A stretch of 64,000 bases of DNA from Chrysemys picta bellii (GCF_011386835.1 NC_088794.1:23622001-23686000), one strand, 5' to 3'. Counted from the stretch's first letter, positions 1 to 13,000 are shown. Translations and numbers: made by a program. The notes: generated by a model from the letters alone, not told the origin.

Positions 1-1219
1 GGGCTTATCTCCTGACTCACACTCCCCACCTACACCATCCCGGATATCCAGAGCCTGTCCAGGCCACAGAGGGAACCTGGGGGCTAGACATCAACTAAGC
101 TAATCATTAGCCCTCAACTTAGTCTTCTGGGAGCTACGCTTCTTTCCTACCCACATTCCTCCTGTAGACAAATCAGCAATGCCCTTTGCTGACCACTTAC
201 CTTCTCCCACATTATTCCTACAGAATTAGCTGGAGGGGAGCGGAGAGAAGAGAGCTGAGTGCTGAATCTCACGGCGAGCCTTACGGAGGGATGCAGTCCC
301 ACTGAATGCAGTGGGGTTACTCACCCCGGTGAGTCAGATACAAACAGGGCTCGCAGAATCAAGCCCTTCATCTTTCCGCGTTATTGAGTTTTGCAGAAGT
401 AAAGACGAGGGCCAGACTGTGAATAGCCCCGGTGCCCACACAGCCTCCCACTCCTTGCATGGCTCATGCAAGAGCTCATCATGATAGCCGTCCCCATGAG
501 CAAGCACTGCACCATCCAGGGAACAAATCGCCCCAAAGGACAAGGGAATTGGGGGGGAGGAGCAGAGGAGGCTATCGCCCTACCCCGCTTCACCACTCCG
601 ACCTGCAAAGTAGCACCAGCTCGCTGCTGAATGGATGGCACAGCCCATGTGCATTGCCCCTGTGTGCAGCGTCTCCTGGATGCAATCTCTCCCGGTGCTC
701 CCCAAGGGGCAGAGGAACTCCACAACACCCCCCGCAGGGCTGTGTGTCAACTCCGCAATCCAGCTCCAGGTAAGGACTTCAGGACAGGGCCCTGTTTTCT
801 CCTGCTGGAGGACAGCCGGACACAGCCGCAGGCGGCTGGGAACAGTTCTGCAACAGATCAGGCTACGGACCCAGTGATGGACATGAAGGGAGAACCCAGC
901 GGTGGCAGCTTCTGCCACTGCCTGGCAAACGTGCTTCCTCGGTCCCGCTCAGAGCAGAGCGGGAGACAAACCAAATGGACAATCAATGAGCTGCTCGAGC
1001 CCTACGTTAAGCACTGCTCTGATCCCTCCTTTCTTCCCTCCCAGCCCCAATGAAAGCGCTACCCGGATTGAACGCCGGCTGCTGCAGCAGAGGCACCCCG
1101 CCAGCCAACTCACTTCCCTGCAAAGCCAGATGGACGAGCACGCGAGAGATGGCAAAATCGGAGCTGGTGGTGCAATGGGCAGGCTGCACTATCTTCCACC
1201 AGGTGCAGACAGGCCACAG

Positions 1220-2032
1220 CTAGGCTACAAAATTACATCAACCTACTTACGTCAGCACACAGCCACAGCAGTTATCAAATAGCTTGTGCGTGCCCACTTG
1301 GCTCCTTGTGTGGGTGGGGCGTGTTCTCACCAGAAGCGCTGATATCGACTGTATTGTCAGCGTGGGGCATCGTGGGACGGCTCCCGAAAGCCAGCAACGG
1401 TCAACGTAAGCAACACAGCGTCTCCCCTGATACTGCGGCGACCTAATTATGTCCACCGTGACTCTACGCTGCTCGGGGGGGCGGGGGGAATAGGGAGCTA
1501 TAGAGAGGCACTTACATCAGCGGGCGCCAAATTTAAGTGAAGACGCTTCCACGGTTAGGTCGACTTAGCCCTGTACAGGGCCGGCTCTGGCTTTCTGGCC
1601 ACCCCAAGCAAAAAAAAAAAAAAAAAAAAAAAAAGCCTGCAGCACGGCCGGAGCCAGGGTGCAGGGGGACTCCCTGCCCTGCAGGTGTGCCCCGGCTAGC
1701 GGGAGGAGGGGGAGGGACCGGGGGGAGAGAGAGAGAAGGGGGTGGCCAGGGCTTCAGCGGGGCGCTGCCACGTGGCCCCTCCCGCCGTGCCCCCTGCCGG
1801 GAGGGCTCCGCACCCTCCGCTGGCTGCCCTACCGGGCTTGCTGCAGGGCACTCCCGTCCTCCACGCCGCTGCCCCCTACAGGGCGGCCAGAGTGGAGCAA
1901 CAACAACAACAAAAAGTGGCCGTGCCGCCCTAGGATTGGGCGGAATGCTGCCTCCTACAAGCTGCCGCCCCAAGCACCAGCTTGCTCGGCTGGTGCCTGA
2001 AGCCGGCCCTGGCCCTGTAGTAGAGGCAGGCC
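1220..2032. mobile_element. Harbinger-type non-autonomous element (degenerate), interrupted by a hAT MITE
   Basis: Resembles turtle GGC..GTCTACACT MITEs (gcttccacggttaggtcgac). A degenerate right terminus, gtagaggcaggcc, resumes after the hAT TSD. Left end approximate. Confidence 0.5.
1576..2011. mobile_element. hAT non-autonomous MITE (CAGGGCCGGCT TIR family)
   Basis: TIRs cagggccggct / agccggccctg. Perfect 8-bp TSD gccctgta at 1568-1575 and 2012-2019. Confidence 0.9.
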
Positions 2033-2136
2033 GCAGGCTAGCCCATAGCGTTTGCTGGGGAGACAGCGCTTTCACTCGGCTTACCACACTCAAGTTATTC
2101 CACTCATGCCAGCCTAGCTAGAGCGAGGGCTGCGCT

Positions 2137-2296
2137 ACCCTGAACACTGACATCAGCATCCCTCCACTGTCTCTCAGCAGCCATGTCGACCCAGCTACCG
2201 CCCCCTCGAGGAGGTGGTTCTCCTGCCGCTGTAGTGAGCGTCCACACTCAAGAGCTGCAGCTGGGCCACCGTAGCATCTAAAGTATAGACATACCC
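2137..2296. mobile_element. Harbinger-type MITE fragment
   Basis: Right terminus agtatagacataccc followed by tga. Left end degenerate and approximate. Confidence 0.55.
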
Positions 2297-2352
2297 TGAG
2301 AGCGGAGAGAGAGTACCCAGCCTGCGAAACAAGCTGGAGTGATCTGGCTAGT

Positions 2353-2685
2353 CAAGGCCGGCGATAGCAAGTGCGGGGCCCGATTCCTGGGACTTGTACT
2401 CACCGGGCGGCGCTCCCAGTCTTCGGCCGCACTTCGGATTGCTGGCCAGGGAAAGGGGACCGTGGGGCTGCCGCGCTCCAGCTGGGGTCACGGGGCCACG
2501 GCGCTCCAGCCAGGGTCACGGGGCCGGGGAGCTGTTGCACTCCAGCCGGAGCTCCAGCCGGGAGAGCGGGGCCGCAGGGCTTGCTGCGCTCCGGCCGACG
2601 CTCTGGCCAGGGGAGCAGGGCCACCGAAGACCCCGGAGCGGACCGCCGCCGGGGAATCGGGTGAATCGGCCTAAAGCCAGCCCTG
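2353..2685. mobile_element. hAT MITE (GC-rich)
   Basis: Imperfect TIRs caaggccggc / gccagccctg. Perfect 8-bp TSD tggctagt at 2345-2352 and 2686-2693. Confidence 0.85.
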
Positions 2686-2726
2686 TGGCTAGTGATTTCA
2701 TTAGCAGAGGGTGATCAGATTGGTCC

Positions 2727-2815
2727 TGTTGGGGATTGGCCCTACTTTGAGCAGGGGGTTGGACTAGATGACCTCCTGAGGTCCCTTCCAACCCTGATAG
2801 TCTATGATTCTATGA
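2727..2815 (+). mobile_element. CR1 LINE extreme 3' end
   Basis: ggttggactagatgacctcctgaggtcccttccaaccctg followed by an (attctatg)-type octamer tail. Confidence 0.85.
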
Positions 2816-2889
2816 CTGGATTAGCAGCTGATGAGTTGTGGTAACTCAAGCTGCTGTATCCCAACTGCATTACTGGCTCGGCAGCATTT

Positions 2890-3022
2890 GAGGTCCATGA
2901 CCTTACCTTAGCTAGCTTAACCCTAAACCACCACTTACCTCAAGCTAGAGACTTTTGTGTGCGGACGGGGTTAGGGGCAAAACTCGAGTTATAACTGGAG
3001 CTAATGCAGTGAAGACACACCC
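2890..3022. mobile_element. Harbinger-type MITE fragment
   Basis: Ends gcagtgaagacacaccc (variant of cagtgtagacataccc). Internal ctcgagttataact motif. Confidence 0.45.
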
Positions 3023-3357
3023 AAACATACTGCAACCCACTCCGCTAACACAATGGCTGCTGGACTCTGCACCCAGGGATCATCCTTAGAAATGCACAGG
3101 GCATAGAAAACCAAAAGCATCATAGGATTAGAGCTACAGGCACAATACAGGCAGTGTCCATATATGCTTGTCTACAAATGGTTCCTGGGGAACCATCTCT
3201 AGCTGTGAGTCAGTCTCCATGGCCCATTCAAAACCAAGACCCCCAGCAAAGGGACTAAAGTGGCATTGGTTTGGGCAATGCAGGCATCCCTTCACAAGGA
3301 TTCAGACAAGCATAGGCCCCCAAACGGCCACTGGATGGGAATGACTTTCAGCCACTG

Positions 3358-3545
3358 CTTTCTTATTACGGTTATTTATCATGTGTATTGCACTAGCCTC
3401 TCCGAGCCCCAGTCACGGACCAGGACCCCACTGAGCTAGGCACTGGACAAACACAGAACAAAGACAGTCCCTGCCCCAAAGAATGGACAATCCAAGTGTC
3501 CGAGAAGATGGATACAGACCAAGAGGAGTACAAGGAACTACCCCA
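3358..3545 (-). mobile_element. L2-tail/MIR-like SINE fragment
   Basis: gagctaggcactggacaaacacagaacaaagacagtccctgccccaaag is the reverse of a repeat 3' tail that recurs many times in this window. Confidence 0.55.
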
Positions 3546-4618
3546 TGACCTGCATTGGGAGTAGATTTCCATACAATATTGGGAATTTGCCAAATGGCTC
3601 CCCCAGTTCCAACCCGCTGCCCATCTCAGCATCTCAAGTGAGTGGGACTCCTGGACAATCAGAACCAGAGCGAGTTATATCAGGGGTGCCAGCCATACTG
3701 GAAATGGCAGGGTAGCCCTAACTTTGACTGTTTCAGCAGTTTCCTGGTTGGGGTTGATTCTAACGGGGAAAGATCAGGCTTTCACTGGGAGTCGGGCCTG
3801 TGTGGAAAAACCCCGGTAAGGATTTTGGAGTTGATCCCATTGACCCCACTGCTGGTTCTCAACAGCTGCTCAGGGTCCAATTCTTAGAGATCAGGGTCTC
3901 GTGACACACCAGAGCTTGTGCATCCCACTCATTCTCCAAATTGAAACAAATGGAGAAGTCCTGAAATCCCAGCTCCTTCAGCCCCCCGACAAGACCCTTT
4001 CCGGTGGTCAGCACTGCACGTGTGGGGGTCGCTTGCAGGGGTTTTCCAAGAGGCTGCCCACTTAGCAGGTCAGCACAGATGATCCAAGAAACGGGATCTG
4101 CAAACATCTGCAAGCCTGGACTTTTGAGGGTGGGTCTGGCTGCCTGGCAGATCTCCAGCTCCATGCCACCAGGGCTACCAGCAACCCAACCTCCTGCTCA
4201 TTGCTCATATTCTGCAAAAAGGTGGTCTTTAAAGCTGTACAGCTACGCACCCCATACCGCCGGGAGGGAGTAGCACTAACATACAAGTCAGCCTAGTGAG
4301 TCCCATGGGATGAGTGGGGTAGTCAGCATCCCTAGGAAAGAAAGTGTGTTCTCACCATGTGTTGGCTATCAGGCGATGACAGCTCAGTGAGGACAAGGGA
4401 GTTGTAGTGTTAACATGTGTTAGTAGGCCCAGGTAAACCCTATTCCTCCTCATCCCCCCCCCCCCCACTTTACTTTGACCTGCTAACGTGAGGAAACTAC
4501 AAACTGCCTTGTCTTCATCAGCTAACACGTGGTAAGATACCACCTTTCTTCCTAATGTGGACACCCCCTAAGGGGGACAGAATCAGGCCTTGAATGTCTC
4601 TCCCAATGTAGCTCCTGA

Positions 4619-4993
4619 GGGTATGTCTACATTGTACACTAAACCCCATCGCTAACTCAGGTTTGAGCTGAAGACCCGCATCCGTCCACACATAAATCAG
4701 TCGGACGTGGGTCAGCCGGCAGTCAGGACGCGGGTCCTGACACCCTGCTGGGGGTGGGTCAGAGCCCAAGTCCTGCTGAGACTCAGGGCCCATCACCGTC
4801 ATTTTGCAGGTGAAGCTGCAGATGTGAGTCAGAAGGTCTGCTTAGTCCAGGATGGACACCGTAGTACGGCTGTGAAACCCAGATCCAGCCATTGTAAACC
4901 CAGGTATACAATGCAGCGTGGATGCTTGGAAACAATAAGTCCACAAGCCCGGGTCCCACAGACCCAGGTTTGCAACGCAGTGTAGACATACCC
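4619..4993. mobile_element. Harbinger-type MITE, complete
   Basis: 16-bp TIRs gggtatgtctacattg / cagtgtagacataccc (15/16). Flanks tga / aga. Confidence 0.85.
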
Positions 4994-5634
4994 AGAGTGA
5001 ACCTTCCATTAGTGCCTTTTTGCATGGGAAAATGCAGCAACACAGGTTCAGTAGGGCAAGGAGGGGAAGAGTGACAGAACTGGGGAAATAAGGCTAACTA
5101 TTAGGTGCACTACAGCCATGCTGAGCTACCCGCGTGCCTCTCCCTCCTGCCTGCCCTCCCTCTCATCACTGGTTACAGACAGATCGCTGGCATCTTATGT
5201 CTCCCTCCCTCTGGAACCCGTTCAATTGCTGCTCTTTTCGTGTCTTGAAATCTCATCAGACGTTCTGAATCTGGGCAATTTCGCCTGCTTTTCAACTGCC
5301 TGCGTCGCTCGACTAAATCAGTAATTAATGAATTTGCAAAAAATAAAAAGGAGGCGACTGAAACATAAAACCCCTCAGCGGAAAGCCTGGGGATGGCAGG
5401 TGGCATGCAGCTCAAAGGCTAACCTGAGTTTAACACGCCAGCCCGGCGAGATGGGACTCATGTGCAACATTCAGATTTCACACAGATTTTGACTTGAGAG
5501 GAAGGATGGTCTTGTGACTAAGCACTACCCAGGAGCCCTGAATTCAATCCCTGCTTCTGTCTTAGACCCTCCAAGGCAACTTCACCAGATCCACGGACCC
5601 TCCTCTGATATGTCCCCCTCACCCTGCTCCACTC

Positions 5635-5905
5635 CAGTCTCGCCAACCCCATGAGTTCAAAAAAATCACAGGTCAGGCTGCAAATAATGATGAGATTTTT
5701 CTTTTAAAAAGTTACTAAAATATTGGGTTCTCTCTCTCTTTGCCATCCGGCGTCTGAGTCTTTAGAGCACAAGTGGTTCACGTTTCCAACCTTTTAACTC
5801 CCCTCCCCCCATGAAAGCTGAAATTCTCCCCTAAACACATGACTCCAGGAGCTGAGGCTTTAAGAAAAACAGCAAATATTGCGAGAATCACCGTGGTGCG
5901 GCAGA
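5635..5905. mobile_element. hAT-like non-autonomous element (degenerate)
   Basis: cagtctcgccaacccc start and the internal catgactccaggagctgaggctttaagaaaaac motif resemble a common turtle CAG..TGCCAAC-terminus repeat. No TSD verified. Confidence 0.45.
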
Positions 5906-6579
5906 TGACCCCACCATCACCAGCAGCAGCCAGGCAAGGTTAAAGAACATCCTGTGTCTGCAATCAGCCCCAGCCTGCTGCATCTGTGAGATTTGCCCTT
6001 CAAAGGAGGAACTCAGGGCAGCAGATGTGGCAAACAGAGCCCAGGTTCAGAACTTCCCAGCTGGGGTCCTTGTGGCACTAACTGACCCCTGCCTTACAAT
6101 GCCACCGGCCCAAGCCCTCGAAGGCAGAAGACGAGCCGGGCTGGTTTGCTTTGTTGAAAGACCTCAAGGATCAATCCCTGACTTTGACTTGCACTGAGGA
6201 GCAGGGACTGAGACTTCCTGCCAGGCCTGAGACCTCGCTTCCTTCTCCCTTGCACAAAGGAGTATTTTCCTTTGATGCGGGCTTCTGTATATCACTTGAA
6301 AGGGGCCAGCCTCTCTAGAAGGCACAGCTGGAGGACTGAACCCCATTCCCCAGAACCAGACCACAGGGTTGCAGCTGCCCAGAGAATGAGGAGCCCACTC
6401 TCACCTCCCGGGGGTGATCTGACAACGTTAACCTTCAACCCTCACGATAAAGATCGTGAGAGCGGGTAACACCGCCCTTGTTGTTCCACGTAGCTGATCC
6501 CCGCCTCACGTTCCACTAGCAAGTCACTTGCTGCCTCCAAATCCTTCACTCAACGTATCTATCCAATCCCTGCATGTCT

Positions 6580-6895
6580 TGTCTACTCAGAGCATCAGCT
6601 CCTCAGGGCAGGGACCGTGCGCTACCCTGTGTTTGTACAGCACCTAGCACCACAGGGCCATTCTCAGTTGTTCTCTAAGCACCAGTATAACAACCACCTC
6701 TCTGTGGCTCTGTTCCCTGCCTGTAAAATGGGGATAATGCTGCTTTCTTCCTCTCTGCTTTTGTCTGCCTTGTTTGTTTCAATTGTAAGCTCTCTGTGGC
6801 AGGAGCTGTCTTTTGTGGGGTGTTTTATGCAAAGCTTGGCCCAGTGGGTCCTGCTCTTGGTCGGAGCGTCTATATGCTACCGTAACACAATCGTG
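6580..6895 (+). mobile_element. MIR/L2-tail fragments (two adjacent pieces)
   Basis: gggcagggacc..gtgtttgtacagcacctagcac tail, and ctgttccctgcctgtaaaatggggataat CORE-like piece. Confidence 0.55.
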
Positions 6896-8479
6896 TAAAA
6901 TGGAAGTAATACATCTGAATTTCCAAAAGCTGCTGAGAAGGGTCGGAGACCAATGAGATGGATCACAGGTGGTAGCAGTCACATCTTCCCACATGCTGCT
7001 CTTCCAGTGTACCTCAAGTTTATTCTCAAGGGACTGACTACCTGGACAACAAGGATATTCATTCTCTGTGCTCTGGTATTAGCAACACAGAGCCAATTAG
7101 TGCCAGCTGGGATGGGGGGTTCTGTGATGGGGGGCACCAGTTTATTAGTAACCAGGCTGCCAACCCATGTCACCTAGACACCCAAAAGCCAGCCTACGCT
7201 AAGGTTCTATTTCTTTCTTCCTGTGTCTGTTTAGGGACGCATGAGCTAGTGTGACCATCACTCTTGCATGATCCATTTATTCAGAGGTATTTATGCAAGT
7301 TGCATATTTTATATCTAAAGATGGGTCAAAAAAATTAAATTCAATCCCCAGCCGAAATCATAAAACATTCCGATTCAAAGCCCCCAGATCCTTCTTCAAT
7401 CTTTTTTTTTTTTTTTTTTTTGGCTCGGGGTCAGAACCAAAACCTGAAGGGGATCTGTTTCCTGGCTCTATTGTGTCTGAACACTCTACAAAACATCTTA
7501 GATTTGGATTGCTAATTCTTCAGAGCCCGGACTATCACTCTCTGATCATACACCACCTAACAAAAGGGGCCCCACTCTTGGTGGACCCCTAGATACTACC
7601 ATATTTCATAAACTGTGGGATTTTAATGCATCTGGATTTGAAGCCAAACACTCCCCTGGATTCCTCCAAACTAAGTCCAATGCACCAGCCTCAGCCAGCT
7701 CTAGTGGTACCTCCTTGACCCTCATCTTTTTCTACCTCTAACACAAGAAAGAATTATTTTAAGGCATGACACTAAGCAGCTGAGTTAACGGGAAAGATCT
7801 ATGCCATTTAAAGCACCGGACCTGCACAGTGGAGGCGATTTGCAGATCTCTGCCAGTGATACTGATAACTTCCCTTATCAGAGACATACTACGACCTGGG
7901 AATAAGGATGATGAAGGAGCACGGAGCAGTACTGAAACCACTGTGCCACCTCCACCACCTAGCCCCGTCCATCAGAGGATCTCAAAGCACTTCACACATA
8001 TTAATACATTAAACCTTACAACTCCTCGGAGGGAAGGTCCCTGGGCTAGAGTTGGGTGGAATGTTTTTGACACAATGAAATTTCGCTGAAACCAGAACAT
8101 TTTGGCTTCAATGCAGACTTTATCCAAATGATTTTTTGGGTCTGGGGAAGGGGAGAGAGTCCCCTCTCTCAGGCACCCTGTTAGCTGTGTAGTTGGGATC
8201 CTGCCCTGGGATGTGGAAAACCCAGGTTCAAGTCCCTGCTCTGACCGAATCAGTGTGATCTAGGAAGGAAAACTCTGCTTGGACTCAGGCCGAGCATGGC
8301 CTTGAAGCTAGGTCTCCCACATCCTTGGCCTATGCTGAATTACCCCTCTACCCGCCAGCTGGGGACACTGTCTCTAACACTACGCCACCTCTTACTTCAA
8401 TGCAATTCCGTCTTCCCAACAGCATCCAAAAGGCTCAGTTTCATTCCCATGTGGAACGGAAAGAGCTTTCAAACCCTCG

Positions 8480-8600
8480 GGAGTTGCTGAAGAACAGAAT
8501 TGCCATCCTCAGGTCAGCTCCACCCTGTGCCACAGATGGGGAAACTGAGGCACAGAGGGATAAGTAAATTGCCCAACGATCCACAGAGAGCCAGTGGTAC
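8480..8600 (-). mobile_element. MIR-like CORE SINE fragment
   Basis: acagatggggaaactgaggcacagagggataagtaaattgccca. Confidence 0.6.
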
Positions 8601-9344
8601 TGTCCTGACCATTCCCTTCCCCAATCTGACTACAACTATCCAACTCCAGTGCTTCTCATGTGTCTCTGTGACAGGTGGCAAAGTCAGCATTTTACTAACA
8701 CTGCCCTGGTTTTATAACTGTTCCGTACGCTTTATTTTCCTGAATGGGCTGCCCTACATCTTAGGGCCTATTTCTGTCTGAATGGCGTTTAAAACAGTCT
8801 TTTAAAAGCTGATTACATGCTAGTTCAAAGCAAGTGTCCTGCAGGAGAGAGAGACATTAGGGAGAACTTAGCAAGAAAAGGGACGTTCGCGAACTAATCT
8901 AGGAGATCTTTCAGCAAGGCTGGCTTAGGATGGAACTTGGAAATGGCTTTAGTGAGTGACAAGTGTCCACCTATTCCACCCAGTGGCGATTCCCCTCTCT
9001 TGGCAGACCACAGGACAAGCGGCATTCTCTCAAGTGAGGCCCAGGGCTGGACAGTATGCAGAAGGAATTTCAGTCCGCGATTGAAGTGCACTGGCAGGAC
9101 TGCATGCAGGGGCCTGGAATTGCATGAATAGGGGGGCAGGGTTGCAGGTCCCGATTCAGGTGCACTGGCTGAGCAGTGCAGAGGAAGCTCGCACAGCAAC
9201 AGCCTCTCTTGCCTGGCAGAGCTATTTTCACAAGCAGCCAAAGGGGGGAAATGAAGTATGAAGGAAAGAGTACCACGCCAACCCTACGGCTGGCCTCCAG
9301 ATACCCACCCAAGAGGAAGGATGGCCTGGTATCTATGACACCAG

Positions 9345-9545
9345 TGTGGGGCTCAGACTCCCTATGTGACCTCGGCATCACTCTGTACCTCAGCTTCCCT
9401 TCTGTAAAATGGGGATTAAAAACCTTCCCTTTCTTCTATCTTAACTTTGTTTTAAGCTCTTTGAAGCAGTTTTGCCTCTCACTGGGTGTCTGTTGTACCA
9501 AGCACAATGGGGCTCCGACCATTTGTGCTCCTGTAATAAAAATAT
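9345..9545 (+). mobile_element. MIR-like CORE SINE
   Basis: tgtgacctcggcatcactctgtacctcagcttcccttctgtaaaatgggga followed by an L2-type tail. Confidence 0.6.
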
Positions 9546-10045
9546 TTTGCAATATTAGTCACCAGCGCTGGTCTAACTAGGCAGTTGCGTGTCCCCCAGT
9601 TGCTATAACCAGGTGACACAGTGAAACCTTGGCTGTGCTAGCCTGAGTAAAGCAGTGTATTTCACACAGGTCCCCATCTCAAGGCCACTTATGTCCTCCC
9701 ACTCCCTTTCTCCTCCCCGCCCCCCAAATCTCAACAAGAGAAAAGAGACCAAACAGCTCCCGAGAGTAGAGCAAGGTCATTTATAATAGAAATGAATGAA
9801 TGAGTCAGGCACAGAAAAGTGTTGGAGAGCGGTAGGAGCTGCTGTAATATCTATTAATGAGAAATACCACACACCATGGGTCCTACCACGCTTTAAATAC
9901 AGTAATAACAATCAGAATAGCAAAGAAGTCTGTATCCTGTACCTGCACATATACACTTTCCTAGGGTAATGACTGGATACCATTATACTGGGTCTACGCA
10001 CACGGCCAAGATTTGCTAAACTGACTGGTGATGTGGAGAGCTGGT

Positions 10046-10330
10046 GTGACACCACCGACCCGACGTGGCTTCGGGCTAGCTGGTGCCTCAGTTTCCCCTC
10101 ACTCCGGTTGGCTCTCCAGAACTTCCAGCCTGGTTTGGTTGCTGATGTGGCTCAGCCCTGTGACTAGGTTGTTCAAGTCCACCCCTTCTGGGGTCGCCAA
10201 GTCCAAAACAAACACAAAAACCATCTTCCACCCCAGCCTCCAGCTGGGCACAGCCCCTCCTGCCTGAGGGTGGCTGTCTGTCTCCCTCCTCAAGTTCCAA
10301 CACTCTTCAGCCCCCATCCCCCGGGCTTTG
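10046..10330. mobile_element. Possible LTR fragment
   Basis: Starts tgtgac. Loose resemblance to turtle Gypsy-like LTRs (ccccttctggggt..aagtccaaaac). No matching end or TSD found. Confidence 0.25.
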
Positions 10331-11584
10331 CTCTCACCCCTCAGCCCCTCCTGGACTCCCCTGAGTCTCTTCCTGTTCTCTACTTGGTCTCTTAGCTTTC
10401 TGGCTCCACAGCTTCTGTCTTATCCCTAATCCTCCCCTCTTCCCCCATCCCCCTCTTGCCCCCGTTTAGCCACCTGACCTGCTCGTTTTGGTGACTTTGC
10501 TCATTTTCTCCCTATTGCTTCTTGCTCTGGTCCTACTGATGGAGAGGAAGATGGAGCGCCAGGCTGCCTCACTCTCTAGTCTACTGACTGAGATGGGGCC
10601 AGCTTGCAAGCCAGCCATGTCCCTGCCCTACTCCGCTCATGCTGATGGACAGCCCCGCAACCTGGTGTCCTTGAATGTGACTTTTCTAAGCACCACCCAA
10701 AACCAGGGCCAAATGAGCTGCATTGAGGCAGCTTCCCCGCCCGCTGGGCCATAAATCACCCAGCTGGCACCTGTAAGATAAAGCGTCTTGTGCAAAGGAT
10801 GCTCAGCAGAGACTCCATTCCGCCAGCCACGCTCGGCAAACATAATCTTCCCCTTTCAGCCGAGCGACCTTTGCTGAGCGCCCTTCTCCGAGTGAGCACG
10901 TTGGATCCACTGCCTCTCCGCATAACCTTTATCTGCCAGCGCTCTCTGGCCTGGCTTTTGAGAGAACACAAAGAGAAGCAGCACGCCCCTTTTGCAGACA
11001 GAGAGAAAGGGGCTGACGGCTTGGCATGTCCTGCCATCCTCTCCGTTGGACAGCATGGTCACGGAGCCTGAGCAAGAGGCACTGCCCTGCTTGCCGACTC
11101 CAGGAATGAGGCGGTGGGGGGGGGGAGAGACAGGTGCTGCCAGTGGAACTTCTGCCCTGACTGAAGTTTACTCTGCAAATGGGGCCTCTGAGCCTCAGAG
11201 CAAAGAGGCAGGAAAAGTCCTGGTTAGGTCAAAGCTATCTCAGGTATGCCTACGTGTGCAGCGTACACATTGCGAGAGGGATAGATGAGACCAGGGGGCA
11301 AGGGAAGAGGACAGTTGCTCCCTGAGATGGTGAGCTGAAGGCTCCCACCCCCTCCAGAACCAAGGCAGGAGGACAGTTGCCTCTGAACACAACAGTGAGG
11401 TAATTGAGAGATTTCTCTGCTGTGAAAGATCAAGGGATTCAAGCCCTTCACCAGTATCTTCCATCCACACCTCTCCAAGCACGCTATCACCGTCATTCAT
11501 CGAGCTTCATAAACCCCAACTCCTTGCATTAGAAAAGTATTACCTTGTTTTACAAGTAGGGACAGTGAGCCCAATAAACACATA

Positions 11585-11710
11585 GGGCCAGTTTTTCAAG
11601 GGCTCGGCCCCCCACAACTGGGCCCAGATTTTCAGTAGAGCTCAGCTCCCATGTAGGAACCTAAATAAGGGCCAGATTTTCAGGAGTGCGCAGCATCGGT
11701 AGCTCCCAAC
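11585..11710. repeat. Unclassified interspersed repeat (gggccagattttca..gagctcagctcccat family)
   Basis: Motif is internally repeated here and recurs near 19250-19400, 21740-21830 and 46090-46220. Confidence 0.5.
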
Positions 11711-12124
11711 ACAGCAAGGAAACGGTTAATGGAACCCAGGAGTCCTGATGTCTGATTGCCCGTCTATTCACATTGGACAATGCTCCCTCCCATCAGGGCT
11801 GCTTGGAGCAGGTTGTTGGCAGGGGCACCATTCAAACATACTGCCAAGCGTCAGGGTCCTCGGACAAATGGCACTAGAAATGTAGGTAATATTCTCCCCG
11901 AATGAATGTGATTTCTGGAAGGCCACATAACACCCTGCAAAGACCCCACTCTGGCTTCCGCACTAGGACTTTGGAACCACTGGAGTAGCACCCACCCCAT
12001 GAAGGGTCTCTCCAAGGCCCAGTCCACGCTGGGCTAGCCCACTGGAACCATGTAAGTAATACAGGGTCATCCCCCGCCAGCGCAGATCCACTGGATAAAG
12101 CAATTAGGCCTTTGTGTTAATACT

Positions 12125-12300
12125 AGAGCCAAATCCCAAGGCTCATGCTCAGGCAAGGTCTCATTGAAGTCAACGGGAGCAAAGACAGTGATGGGAGGCG
12201 CAGCTGCTCAAAGCTCCTTGGTTGCAAAGGGACTGATTCCAAGTCCACTGAAGTCCATGGGAGTCTTTCCCTGGACATCAATGGGCTTTGGATCAGGACC
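12125..12300. repeat. Unclassified palindromic interspersed repeat (attgaagtcaat core), two adjacent copies
   Basis: gccaaatcc..ttgaagtcaacggg and gactgattcc..ctgaagtccatgggagtctttccctggacatcaatgggctttggatcaggacc. Related cores at many other positions. Confidence 0.5.
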
Positions 12301-13000
12301 AAAGTAAATAAGGATTTTTGCCCACTGCCTCTACTGTATTAACAGGCTGAGGGTGATCAATATGCAGCATCCTCCCTCTCTCCAGAAGCTCCCACGTGGG
12401 CATATTATGGTAATTTCCTATCAGCCTGTTATACAAGCCCCAGGGGAAGTTGCCTTTTCCACACAGAGCCATTAACAGGAACAAGCAGACGCCGCATTCC
12501 AGCAAGAGCTGGCGCTAATTTATGGGTGAGGCGGCAGCAGGACAGAGGCCACAGGACAAACACCGGAGAGGTTAAGATGCTCCACAGTCCTCATATATCT
12601 CGCTAAGCATTTCGCCCATCAGGGCGCTCTGCCGTGGCAGTGTTGGGAGAGGGAGAGACAGAGGGAGCAGCAAACCCCAGGCCAAGCTGGCAATGAGTGA
12701 GGGAGCACGGTACCAACCCCAGATGGTGTTCTTCCAGGCCCTGAAAATGGGACATCCCTAAAGTGGGATATTAAGGTCTCTAATTGACCTGGTCAGCTCC
12801 CAACCCGCTTCAAGTCCCACATGTGGCTGAGATGGCCTCCACTGCACAGTGCGTAGGTTGCCTAGCCTCCAACAGACAGATTTATGGGCCCAATCCTGGA
12901 GCACCCTCAGCTCACCTGGGAGTCTGCTCCAAAGCCCAATGACATCAGCAGGCGCCTTTCTACCAGGGTGTGGATCAGGCACCGGCAACAGCGTAATTAC

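Noticed and set aside
334-1282. Cluster of overlapping ORFs at the window start
   Set aside because: No Harbinger transposase, Myb/SANT or other motif in the translations provided. Overlapping open frames are expected at this GC content.
1533-2121. Long ORFs with poly-Lys/poly-Phe over the hAT MITE
   Set aside because: Artefact of the A-run and stop-poor GC-rich MITE sequence. No transposase motifs.
3260-3290. Minus-strand CIAQ peptide resembling the next GRM4 exon
   Set aside because: Flanking residues (DA-CIAQ-TNATLV) do not continue as GVCIAQS.KIPREP, and there is no suitable acceptor.
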